The notes beneath the pieces were generated by a model. That model ran no database searches, had not been told where the DNA came from, and saw only the letters and a program-made list of their open reading frames with translations. Shown piece by piece: positions 1 through 9,273 of a DNA stretch of 64,000 nucleotides (positions within the stretch are counted from its first letter, which is position 1; the number at the start of each line of letters is the position of its first letter). The stretch comes from Spirochaetia bacterium (GTDB taxonomy: Bacteria > Spirochaetota > Spirochaetia > DSM-2461), in the NCBI GenBank assembly GCA_963668315.1, contig OY764216.1, forward strand, positions 4,928,001 to 4,992,000, given 5' to 3'. Made by a program: the position numbers and the translations under genes.

Positions 1-1
1 A

Positions 2-1246
2 AAACAGATCCGCGAATATCTGGCCGGAGATACGACCTATATGTTCGACTCTCCCGAGCTGCATATCATGCAGTTCTGGACGGGATGCCGCCGCCAGGGT
101 CTGGACGGAACCTGGATCAAGAGCGATATAGACCTGGCCAAGGAATTCGCCTATTCCAGTCTTGACGGCATCAAATGGCTGAAGGGCTACGGCATTGAAT
201 TCAAGGACGGCATGGAAACCGTATTCGGAGGTCTCTGGCAGCGGGGTCACCTCTTTGCCGACAAGGAGAAGACGTTCCTTGATATCGAAGACAATATTGA
301 AAGGCTCGGTGCCGATATCATGCTCAACACCCATGTGGACGAGCTGATTGTTGAAAACGGCAGAGTAACCGGCGTCAAGGCCACCTACAGAGGAGAGACA
401 CCGGTCATTCTGCATGCCAATAAGGCGGTAATCCTTACTTCCGGCGGATTCTCCGGCAACAAGGAGATGGCCGACAAGTACAATAATTACTGGCCCGCCG
501 GTCTCAGCGGCGTCGCTTCGGACAATATCGCCTCCACCCAGGGCGACGGCATTGTCATGGCCCAGGCCATCGGCGCCGATACGGAAGGCATGGGCTACGC
601 CCAGCTTTTCCCCGCGGTGAATGCGGTCACCATGGACATGGGACCCTGCAGCGGGACGGGTGCATCCGAAGCGATCTATATCAACAAAGAGGGTCAACGC
701 TTCGTTAACGAATATTCCGAAAGGGATGTCATGAGCAAGGCCGTACTCGAACAGACCGACGGGAGGATTTTCCAGATTTTCGACGATACGGTCATGCAGC
801 ACAAACTGGAGATAGGCAGAGGTCCGACGGAAGAGGGCTACCGGCATTACCTGGAGATTCATGCTCTCTACAAGGTCAACAGCCTGGAAGAAGCGGCGGA
901 AGTCATCGGCTGTGATGCCGCCGCCTTCAAAGCTACCGTTGAAGCCTACAACAAAGCCGTGGACGACAGCTATGACCCCCTAACGGGAAGAACTGTTTTC
1001 GGGGAAAAATTCGATACGGCTCCCTTCTATATTGCCCCTGCCAAACCCAGCATTCACAACACCATGGGCGGTTTGAAAATCAATACGGAAAATGCCGTAC
1101 TGAATACCGGCGGAACTCCCATTCCCGGCCTTTTTGCCGCCGGTGAAGTGACGGGCGGTCTTCATGCGGGGAACCGCCTCGGCGGAAATGCCGTGGCCGA
1201 TGCCTTTGTCATGGGCCGCAACGCCGGTATGAACGGCGTCAAATAA
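2..1246 (+). CDS. FAD-dependent oxidoreductase, flavocytochrome c/urocanate-reductase-like (5' truncated by window edge)
   Basis: Frame is open from base 2 (KQIREYLAGDTTYMFDS...). Motifs ILTSGGF, GDGIVMA, RFVNE, HNTMGGL, GLFAAGEVTGGLHAGNRLGGNA are typical of FAD_binding_2 flavoproteins. Confidence 0.85.
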   Translation, partial: KQIREYLAGDTTYMFDSPELHIMQFWTGCRRQGLDGTWIKSDIDLAKEFAYSSLDGIKWLKGYGIEFKDGMETVFGGLWQRGHLFADKEKTFLDIEDNIERLGADIMLNTHVDELIVENGRVTGVKATYRGETPVILHANKAVILTSGGFSGNKEMADKYNNYWPAGLSGVASDNIASTQGDGIVMAQAIGADTEGMGYAQLFPAVNAVTMDMGPCSGTGASEAIYINKEGQRFVNEYSERDVMSKAVLEQTDGRIFQIFDDTVMQHKLEIGRGPTEEGYRHYLEIHALYKVNSLEEAAEVIGCDAAAFKATVEAYNKAVDDSYDPLTGRTVFGEKFDTAPFYIAPAKPSIHNTMGGLKINTENAVLNTGGTPIPGLFAAGEVTGGLHAGNRLGGNAVADAFVMGRNAGMNGVK

Positions 1247-1301
1247 TATCTGAGGATTTGTTCATAAAATAATTCTTCTTTAACATGTAAAAAAGTGATG
1301 C

Positions 1302-1340
1302 AGGCGGGATTCTCCCCGGAAGGGGAATTCCGCCTTTTTT
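1302..1340 (+). terminator. Rho-independent terminator
   Basis: AGGCGGGATTCTCCCC / GGGGAATTCCGCCT stem followed by a T-run. Confidence 0.8.
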
Positions 1341-1387
1341 CGCCCTCATATTTGATACTTTTTTAACTATATTTTTTTATCCAATCG

Positions 1388-1451
1388 TTGACAAGGGTGA
1401 AAACCGGGGTTATATTGTCCTCTGTCTATTTTACACAGACAGTGTCTATTT
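1388..1451 (+). promoter_or_regulatory. sigma70 promoter with a downstream palindromic operator (probably TetR)
   Basis: TTGACA(1388)-17 bp-TATATT(1411); palindrome AGACAGTGTCT at 1437-1447; TGTCTATTT repeated at 1423 and 1443. Confidence 0.7.
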
Positions 1452-1476
1452 ATGAATTAAAACAAGGAGAGATGAA

Positions 1477-3397
1477 ATGAAAAAAAAGGAGAGTTTTCCC
1501 TCTGTTCGCCCTGATCTGTGCCATGGCTGTTCTGGCATCATGCGGAAAGGGCAAGGCCGATTCGGTCTTCACCTATGCCGATACGATCGTCTGGGACGGG
1601 CAGTATGATGTTGTGGTTATCGGCTTCGGCGCCGCCGGAGCGGTATCGGCCAAGTATGCCGCCGAAGCGGGGGCGAATGTACTGATCACGGAAAAGGCGC
1701 CCCAGGGAGAATCGGGGGGTAACTCCCGCCTGTGCGGGCAGATTATCATGAATACCGACGATCCAGAGTCTTTGTTCAAATACTATAAAGCCATGGGGGG
1801 AGCCACGAAATCGGTATCCGATTCCATGCTCAGAACCTATGTCAACGGCATAGGAGAAACGGTAAACCAGGTGGTTAATGACTACGGCGCCGACAGGGAG
1901 GCCATTTTTGCCTGGAAAACGACCGGTATCCCCCGGTACGTCAGCGAATATCCTGAGTTTGAATATAACGACGCGGTCAAGATCTCCACCCTCTCCCGGA
2001 AGGATGTCTCCAACGGCGCCCTCTATCGGCTGGAAAGCTCCGCAGCCTCTTCCAAGGAGAATGTGGACGTCTGGTTTGACTCTCCCGCGGTCGGACTGAT
2101 TCAGGAGCCCCAGTCAAAGACGATTATCGGTGTCGTTATCGAGAGAGAGGGAAAAGAGCTGAACATCAGAGCCAACAACGGTGTCGTCATGGCCCTGGGC
2201 GGTTTTGAGAATAACCCCCTGATGATGGAAGATTACTGCGGCCTAACATCCTATACCTTCAACGGCACGCCCTATAATACGGGTGACGGCATCTATATGG
2301 CCACCAAGGTCGGTGCCAAACTCTGGCATATGGATGTCTATGAGGGAAGCATGGGCCCCTTCGGCGCCGCCTGTATCGAAGGATCGAACCACTGGACCCT
2401 TCCCCCGTCCTTTGCCAGCGGCAGTGTCATCCATGTCGGTTCAAGCGGCGAGAGGTTCCTCCGCGAAGACGAGGGAGCCCGTCACGGCCATGTCGGCCAT
2501 GCCGGTACCTGGCTGAATCCCCAGTATCCCGACCGCAGTTACCTGGTATTCGACAAGGCAAAATATGACGAGCTGATGAGTCTTCCCTCCCTTTCGGCCC
2601 GATCCACCGTTCCCACGTCCGTTCTCAGCGACAACGCCATCATGGGAAATACGCTGGAAGAACTCTGCGCCAATGCGGATATTGACTACAACGGTCTTAA
2701 ACATGAAATCGCCGAATACAACGGATTCGCCCGTACGGGTAACGACATCAAGCTGGACCGTTCGGCGGGAACCATGTCCCCCATCAGCTCCCGGGGCCCC
2801 TACTACGCGGTTAAAATCGTACCGAGCATCCTCAACACTCAGGGCGGTCCCGAGAGAAATGAAAATGCCCAGATTCTGAGCGTGGACGATGAGCCGATTC
2901 CCCACCTCTACTCCGCCGGTGAGTTCGGAGGCATCACGAGCCACATGTATAACGGCGGCGGCAACATGGCCGAGTGTCTCATCTTCGGCAAGATCGCCGG
3001 AACCAATGCGGCGAAAGCCAAAGAGCCCCTCCCCGCCTACGTCCAGCGTACAAAGGTCGAATCCAGCATGGTATATGTACCCGGCTATGCCACGGATATT
3101 TCTAACGAAACCTATGAAACCGGTGAAAACGAATACATCGGAATCGGTCAGGGAATAGGAGGCGATCTGGTCATCAGGGCAAAAGTGGAAAAGGGCGCCA
3201 TCACGGCCCTTGAGATTCTCAAGGAGAATGAAACGGAAGGCATCGGCTCCCATGCCATCGAGCAGCTTCCCGCCATGTTTGTCGGGATGGATTCCGTCGA
3301 TGGCGTAAACGGAGTTGATACCGTTTCCGGTGCTACCGTAACAAGCAACGCTCTGAAAAGTGCTGTCGGAGCGGCGCTTCAGGAAGCCCAAAAATAG
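1477..3397 (+). CDS. Lipoprotein FAD-dependent reductase with C-terminal FMN-binding domain; +1 frameshift in the A8 run after the start codon
   Basis: SD AAGGAG and ATG at 1477 are out of frame with ORF 1523-3397 by one A. Lipobox LASC, VVVIGFGAAG FAD motif, C-terminal VDTVSGATVTS flavinylation motif. Confidence 0.85.
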
Positions 3398-3453
3398 TGA
3401 TTCCGGTCCTGCCCTTCCCGGGGCAGGGCTTGTATAAAAAAAGGAGTGAATCA

Positions 3454-5373
3454 ATGAAAAAAAGGAGAGTATTATCTCTGTTTTCTCTCGTCTGTGCCGT
3501 GATTATGCTGGCATCCTGCGGAGAGGGAAAGGCCGATACGGTCTTCACCTATGCCGATACGATCGCCTGGGACGGACAGTACGATGTTGTTGTTATCGGC
3601 TTCGGTGGCGCCGGTTCTGTGGCGGCGAAATATGCCGAAGACGGGGGCGCCAAAGTTCTGGTGGCGGAAAAGGCACCGGAAGGACATGAGGGGGGAAACT
3701 CCCGGGTCTGCGGTCAGTTTTTCAATTCCACCGAGGATTATGAAAGCCTTCTTAAATATTACCAGGCCAAAGCCGGTGATACCACGACCGTTTCGGACAC
3801 GATGCTGAAAACCTATGTGCGCGGTATGTCCAATATTGTGGACCAGCTGGTAAACGACTTCGGTGCCGACAGGGGCAAAATCTACAGCTGGTATGAGACA
3901 GGCGTTCCCATGATGATGACCGAATATCCCGAGTTCGAAGGCTCCGATTCGGTAAGAATCCGCTCCATCTCCCAGAAAGACGTGGGTAACGGGGGACTCT
4001 ACCGCCTTCTCAGTAAAGCGGCCAGAACCGAAGACAATATTGATGTCTGGTTTGACTCCCCCGCCGTCGGTCTTATTCAGGATCCCGATACGAAGACAAT
4101 TCTCGGAACGGTTATCGAAAGGGACGGCAAAAAACTGAATATCCGGGCCAGAAACGGTGTAGTCATGGCGCTGGGCGGCTTTGAAAACAACCCCGAAATG
4201 ATTCAGAACTATCTGGGTCTGACCTCCTATGCCTTCAACGGCGGCGCCTATAATACGGGTGACGGTATCAATATGGCCATCGAAGCGGGAGCCAAGCTCT
4301 GGCATATGGAAGTCTACGAAGGCAGCATGGGCCCCTTCGGAAATATCTGTTTCGAAGGAATCAGAGGCTGGAGTCCCTCCAATGATTTCGCCACGGGAAG
4401 TTTAATCTACGTAGGGGAAAACGGTCAGAGATTCCTGAGGGAAGACGAAAGATCCCGCCACGGCCACGTCTCCCTGGGCGGTGTATGGGTTACCCCGAAA
4501 CGTCCGGAAAGGGCTTTTCTCGTCTTTGACAAGGCCAAATACGATGAGCTGATGAGTCTGAAAACTCTCGCCTCCAGAGCGAATGTTGATCCTGCCATTA
4601 TCGATGAGAAAGCCATAGTCGGCAGTACCCTTGAAGAACTGTGCGGGAAGACGAATATCAGCTATGACGGACTGAGCCGGGAAATTGCCAACTATAACAA
4701 CTTTGCCCGGACCGGTGTGGATCTGAAACTGGGAAGGGACGCTAAAAATATGGCTGCCTTCAACACCAGCGGTCCCTACTACGCTATCAGAGTCGTCCCC
4801 AATATTCTGAACACCCAGGGCGGTCCCCAGCGTAATGAGAACGCCGAGATTCTCGATACCAAGGGAAATCCCATTCCCCACCTCTACTCTGCGGGAGAAT
4901 TCGGCGGCATAACGAGCAATATGTACACCGCCGGGGGCAACATGGCGGAATGTATCATTTTCGGTAAACTGGCCGGAACCAACGCGGCAGCCGAAAAAGC
5001 TCCCCTTCCCGCCTATACCCAGCGGACGAAGATCGAATCGGAAATGGTTTATGTTCCCGGATACGAGACGGATATTTCCGAACAGACCTACGAAACGGGT
5101 GATAACGAATATATCGGTATCGGCCAGGGAATCGGCGGTGATCTGGTCCTTAAAGTGACCGTTGAGAAAGGCGCCGTCACAGGCCTGGAAATACTCAAAC
5201 AGAACGAGACCGAGGGAATCGGCTCCAAGGCGATTGAGCAGCTGCCCGCGCAATTCGTCGGCATGGATTCGGTAGAGTCCGTCAATGCCGTTGATACCGT
5301 TTCCGGTGCGACTGTAACAAGCAACGCCCTGAAAAACGCGGTAAGTTCCGCACTTCAGGAAGCAGCGAAGTGA
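3454..5373 (+). CDS. Lipoprotein FAD-dependent reductase with C-terminal FMN-binding domain (paralog of 1477-3397)
   Basis: SD AAGGAG; MKKRRVLSLFSLVCAVIMLASC lipoprotein signal; GFGGAG FAD motif; VDTVSGATVTS motif; collinear with the upstream gene. Confidence 0.9.
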   Translation: MKKRRVLSLFSLVCAVIMLASCGEGKADTVFTYADTIAWDGQYDVVVIGFGGAGSVAAKYAEDGGAKVLVAEKAPEGHEGGNSRVCGQFFNSTEDYESLLKYYQAKAGDTTTVSDTMLKTYVRGMSNIVDQLVNDFGADRGKIYSWYETGVPMMMTEYPEFEGSDSVRIRSISQKDVGNGGLYRLLSKAARTEDNIDVWFDSPAVGLIQDPDTKTILGTVIERDGKKLNIRARNGVVMALGGFENNPEMIQNYLGLTSYAFNGGAYNTGDGINMAIEAGAKLWHMEVYEGSMGPFGNICFEGIRGWSPSNDFATGSLIYVGENGQRFLREDERSRHGHVSLGGVWVTPKRPERAFLVFDKAKYDELMSLKTLASRANVDPAIIDEKAIVGSTLEELCGKTNISYDGLSREIANYNNFARTGVDLKLGRDAKNMAAFNTSGPYYAIRVVPNILNTQGGPQRNENAEILDTKGNPIPHLYSAGEFGGITSNMYTAGGNMAECIIFGKLAGTNAAAEKAPLPAYTQRTKIESEMVYVPGYETDISEQTYETGDNEYIGIGQGIGGDLVLKVTVEKGAVTGLEILKQNETEGIGSKAIEQLPAQFVGMDSVESVNAVDTVSGATVTSNALKNAVSSALQEAAK

Positions 5374-5376
5374 TGT

Positions 5377-5409
5377 GAAGGGCCTTTCCTGCGGGAAAGG
5401 CCCTTTTTC
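5377..5409 (+). terminator. Rho-independent terminator
   Basis: AAGGGCCTTTCC / GGAAAGGCCCTT stem followed by Ts. Confidence 0.8.
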
Positions 5410-5467
5410 ATTACGCCGCCCTATGCTATCATACCGTCAGATTTCAGGAAAAGACAGGATTGAAAAA

Positions 5468-6091
5468 ATGAGCCGGAGAACAAAAGATACAAGACAGGCG
5501 TTAATCAATGCGGGGATCAAACTCATTAAAGAAAATGGGTATCAGGATATCACGATTGAGAGTATCTGCAAATTCGCCGGAACAGGAAGATCAACCTTCT
5601 ATACCTACTTCAAGGGAATGGAAGAACTGGTAGCCGCCTATTTTGACGTTCTCAATACCTACACGCCGGAGAGAATGGCATGGATATTCAGTTCCTCCCA
5701 CCCTTCAGAACGGATATTGAAAACCCATCTTTCCCTCTTCTGCGATCCGCAGAATTACCGGGATGTGAGCCTTTACTCCCTCAGGCTGAAATATTTTCTC
5801 AGCGCCCCCGATGAAAAGAATCTCCATGTTGCCGATATACAGAAGAAGATACTAATCCCCATGGTCGAAGAGGCCCAGCAAAAGGGGGAGATCCTGAATA
5901 TATCAAAGCCTGAAGACCTTTGCAATTCAGCGGTTACCCTTCAGATGGGAAATATCATGGCGTGGTGCATATCGGACGGCGCCTTTGACAGGCTGGGAAA
6001 ACTAAAGGAGAATCTGGAGAATCTGTACTGCATCCGGGAAGATTTGCGCTCCGCCGAATCGATAGAGACCTGGTTGAAATTCGGCGAATAA
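5468..6091 (+). CDS. TetR/AcrR family transcriptional regulator
   Basis: N-terminal HTH TRQALINAGIKLIKENGYQDITIESICKFAGTGRSTFYTYF. Confidence 0.9.
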   Translation: MSRRTKDTRQALINAGIKLIKENGYQDITIESICKFAGTGRSTFYTYFKGMEELVAAYFDVLNTYTPERMAWIFSSSHPSERILKTHLSLFCDPQNYRDVSLYSLRLKYFLSAPDEKNLHVADIQKKILIPMVEEAQQKGEILNISKPEDLCNSAVTLQMGNIMAWCISDGAFDRLGKLKENLENLYCIREDLRSAESIETWLKFGE

Positions 6092-6093
6092 CC

Positions 6094-6886
6094 TCAGACG
6101 TAGGCCACCCCGTGCTTCTTCTGTTTTTTTATTTCATACATGGTCTGATCGGCTTTTTTTAGAAGAACATCCATATCTTCCCCATGGTCGGGATAGACCG
6201 AAACGCCCATACTGGCCTTGACCGAAATAGTCACATCCTTAAAGGTTCGCGGTTTTATAATGGCATGGGAGATTCTCTCCGCCAGGGGATGAATGATCCG
6301 GGAGTCAGCTCCCAACGAGAACAGAACCACCAGTTCATCGCCGCCTATCCGCGCCACCATATCCCCTTCGCGAACCACATGATTCAGATCCTCGCCCACC
6401 GACTTGAGAATAAAATCACCGAAGTCATGGCCATAGGTATCGTTCATTATCTTGAAGTCGTTTAGGTCGATATAGAGAAGAGCATATTTCCCGCCTTTTT
6501 CCTCCATCACCAGGCTTTCAAAAAACTCTTCCAGAACGTATCTGTTATAAAGATTCGTCAGCGGATCCCGCTCCGCCTTTGTCTTTCGGCGGAAATCTCT
6601 GTTTCGGGGAGACACAGATTAAAGGATTTATGGAACTGAAAATAGAGAAGATTCATCATTCCGCAGCTGAGCAGCGTGGTGTAAAGAACCAGATACTTGT
6701 CCATTCTCAAGGAAGCCAGGAACATGAGAATCGGGTAGAGAAGTATGGCAGCCGATGTGGCCGTGAGGATGGGGGAATTAAAAGCGGCATCGTAGTAGTT
6801 GTAGGTGGCGATGGAAAAAACATTCAGTGTCAGTCCCGGAGAGACGGTTGTCAACAATACAGTGAGAGGGGCGGCTCCTTTGTCTA
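6094..6886 (-). pseudogene. Membrane-anchored diguanylate cyclase (GGDEF), apparently fragmented
   Basis: GGDEF domain 6094-6615 (DPLTNLYNR, DLNDFK, RxxD I-site, RIGGDEL) with no clear SD. A hydrophobic ORF (6558-6857) upstream lies in another frame and lacks a convincing start. Confidence 0.6.
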
Positions 6887-6908
6887 TTGAGCCGGCGGTT
6901 TATTCAGC

Positions 6909-6943
6909 TTGACTTTATATATATTTATCAATATATTAAAAAA
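6909..6943 (+). promoter_or_regulatory. sigma70 promoter, leaderless geometry, overlapped by an ATATAT-N6-ATATAT box
   Basis: TTGACT(6909)-17 bp-TATATT(6932), ATG at 6944, no SD. Confidence 0.55.
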
Positions 6944-7534
6944 ATGAATTTTCGCTGGTTTTACCTTCTTACTATTACCTATTTTCTCCTGCCCATGGTG
7001 AATATCCTGTTTGCCTTCTCGGCCATCTTTTGTATGACCCTTCCTTTCATTCTTCTGAGCCGGACAGGAAAAAAGACCTGGTGTGCCGCCATCTGCCCCC
7101 GGTCTCACTTTCTCTCAAAACTGAAATTTCTCAATATCGGAATAAAGTCGCCCCGCCGGCTTACGGGCGAAAACATGGGGCGAAACATGCTCTCTTACTT
7201 TGGAATCAACCTCTTTTTTATAACCCTGTCGACACTGATGGTATCCATAGGAAGGATCGCCCCTATCGATAAGATACGTCTTCTCATCGTCTTTCAGCTC
7301 CCCTTCGGGCTTCCCCAGCTGATCCCTTTCCACACCCTTCCTGCCCCTTTGCTACATCTGGGATACCGGTTTTATTCGCTTATGCTCACCTCAACGCTTA
7401 TCGGTATAGGACTCGCCGTACTCTTCAAACCGAGAACCTGGTGCGCCATCTGTCCCGTCAATACCCTGAGCACCAGTCTGCTTGGGAAAATCCCCCCTAA
7501 CCCCGACGAGGAGAACCATGAAAAAACAATTTAA
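6944..7534 (+). CDS. Membrane protein with two CxxxCP-type motifs (4Fe-4S binding, NapH/CcoG-like)
   Basis: WCAAICP and WCAICP motifs within multiple hydrophobic segments. Confidence 0.7.
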   Translation: MNFRWFYLLTITYFLLPMVNILFAFSAIFCMTLPFILLSRTGKKTWCAAICPRSHFLSKLKFLNIGIKSPRRLTGENMGRNMLSYFGINLFFITLSTLMVSIGRIAPIDKIRLLIVFQLPFGLPQLIPFHTLPAPLLHLGYRFYSLMLTSTLIGIGLAVLFKPRTWCAICPVNTLSTSLLGKIPPNPDEENHEKTI

Positions 7535-8084
7535 TCCGGCCAAACTGGAAAAGCTCAACAATCCCGCCCGGCTGGAGATGATAGATCCCCTTTACATCTG
7601 GGAAAGGCTGAAGATGAAACACCATGATATCAAAGTGGAGATAGGAGCCGGAACAGGTCTCTTCAGCCGGGCCTTTCAGAAACTATCGGGAAAGGGAAAA
7701 ACCATGGCCCTCGATATCTCCCCGGAAATGGTGGCCTATATGGAGGAGCATGGGACGGTGGACGGCACAGCCATACAGCCCATCCTCGTATCGGACGGCC
7801 GCCTGCCCCTGGAGGACGGTTCGGCCGACCTGGTCTATATGATTACGGTTCATCATGAACTTGACGATCCCGATGGCATGCTCAGGGAGGCTCATCGTAT
7901 TTTGAGAAAGGGGGGCCGTCTTTTCATTGTCGACTGGAACGGAAATAATCTGGCCATGGGACCTTCCGCCGCTATTCGCTGTGCTCCGGAACAGGTCGCT
8001 TCCCAGCTTGAGAAAGCCGGTTTTTCCAACGTAACAATCGATCCCGGTTTCGAAAACTTTTTCCTTGTCCTGGCGGACAGCTGA
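7518..8084 (+). CDS. Class I SAM-dependent methyltransferase
   Basis: VEIGAGTGLF motif I, ALDISPEMV, LPLEDGSADLV; SD GAGGAG. Confidence 0.85.
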   Translation: MKKQFNPAKLEKLNNPARLEMIDPLYIWERLKMKHHDIKVEIGAGTGLFSRAFQKLSGKGKTMALDISPEMVAYMEEHGTVDGTAIQPILVSDGRLPLEDGSADLVYMITVHHELDDPDGMLREAHRILRKGGRLFIVDWNGNNLAMGPSAAIRCAPEQVASQLEKAGFSNVTIDPGFENFFLVLADS

Positions 8085-8212
8085 TAGCCGGCTGGAAATC
8101 TCCCACCGTTTTTGACCCTTTTTTATCCCCCGAACCGGAATAAACGGCCTATTCCGTTTGAACAGGCCGGCGGGGCCGGTATATAATCTTCCTGCCACAG
8201 GGGAGGAAAGCC

Positions 8213-9010
8213 ATGGCTTTGGTATACTGCAGCTACGGAACTCGTGATTACTGGACAAAACCCATCAGCCTGAGCAGACGGGGATACTGGGAGTTCCAGT
8301 TTACGATTTCGGGCAGAAGCCTTCCCACCCTGCCCGAAGGGGAGAAACCCTCCTGGAAAGAGGGGGATAATTTCTGGATTTCCACCCCCGATTCGATACA
8401 CGGCTGGACCTCGGCCGACAAGGATGTATCGGAAGTTGCGGTTTTCCATTTTACCGATATCCCCGAATCCCTTCTCAATATTTTCCAGAACAGGACCATG
8501 ATCTCGACCAGACTGGACAGGGATCAGCTTAAGGAGATGCTTGTCCTGGCCCGTGAAATAGCCCCCCAGGTTCTCTCCCCCCAATACACCAGTCCCGTGG
8601 AATTCGATCTTTGCTGCCACAGATTAAGCCTGATCTATCTGCGCCGCATAGAAGAGCGGCTGACAAACCTTTCATGGGACTATCACTCACAGATAGCCAA
8701 CGCCTCGGTCGCCTGGTACTGCTCCCATATGAATGAGGGCATCGGAATCAAGGAAACCGCCGAAAAAATGGGATACAGCGTCAGTCAGCTCAGAAAGATA
8801 TTCAACAAGACCAGAGGGGTCAAACCCAGCAAGATTTTCGAAGAGTGCCGTCTGGAGAGGGCAAAGGAGCTCCTTGAGAACTCCCGTATGTCCATAATAG
8901 AGATATCCCTGGAGTGCGGATACAGTGACCAGAGTTCATTCACGCGAGCTTTTAAGAAATATTTTGAACTATCGCCCATAAAATTCAAAAAAAAGCCAAA
9001 TCCAGTATAA
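8213..9010 (+). CDS. AraC family transcriptional regulator
   Basis: C-terminal RLERAKELL...ISLECGYSDQSSFTRAFKK. Confidence 0.9.
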   Translation: MALVYCSYGTRDYWTKPISLSRRGYWEFQFTISGRSLPTLPEGEKPSWKEGDNFWISTPDSIHGWTSADKDVSEVAVFHFTDIPESLLNIFQNRTMISTRLDRDQLKEMLVLAREIAPQVLSPQYTSPVEFDLCCHRLSLIYLRRIEERLTNLSWDYHSQIANASVAWYCSHMNEGIGIKETAEKMGYSVSQLRKIFNKTRGVKPSKIFEECRLERAKELLENSRMSIIEISLECGYSDQSSFTRAFKKYFELSPIKFKKKPNPV

Positions 9011-9273
9011 ATTACCTATTTTTTTAATACAAATATACTTATATAATTTCCACAACTTATTTGTCTGTTTATCAGTAAATATATCCCAATCTCCCTGTGA
9101 TCGAAAATGCTAAATTCCGGGATTGTTTATGCAAAGAATTATCCCACCATCCATAGTAGAGTAAGCTGTGTTTTACAGATCTTCGTTTATTTTATGAAAA
9201 GAATTATTTGAATTCATACGATCCTGCGGAGAGTCCCTCGCCGTTAACTTTAATTAGAGAGAGATGCTCAGAT

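Noticed and set aside
2..5373. Calling the flavoproteins fumarate reductase (frdA)
   Set aside because: The QxHP His is missing in gene 1, the HxTMGG/NRLG residues are missing in genes 2-3, and there is no frdBC.
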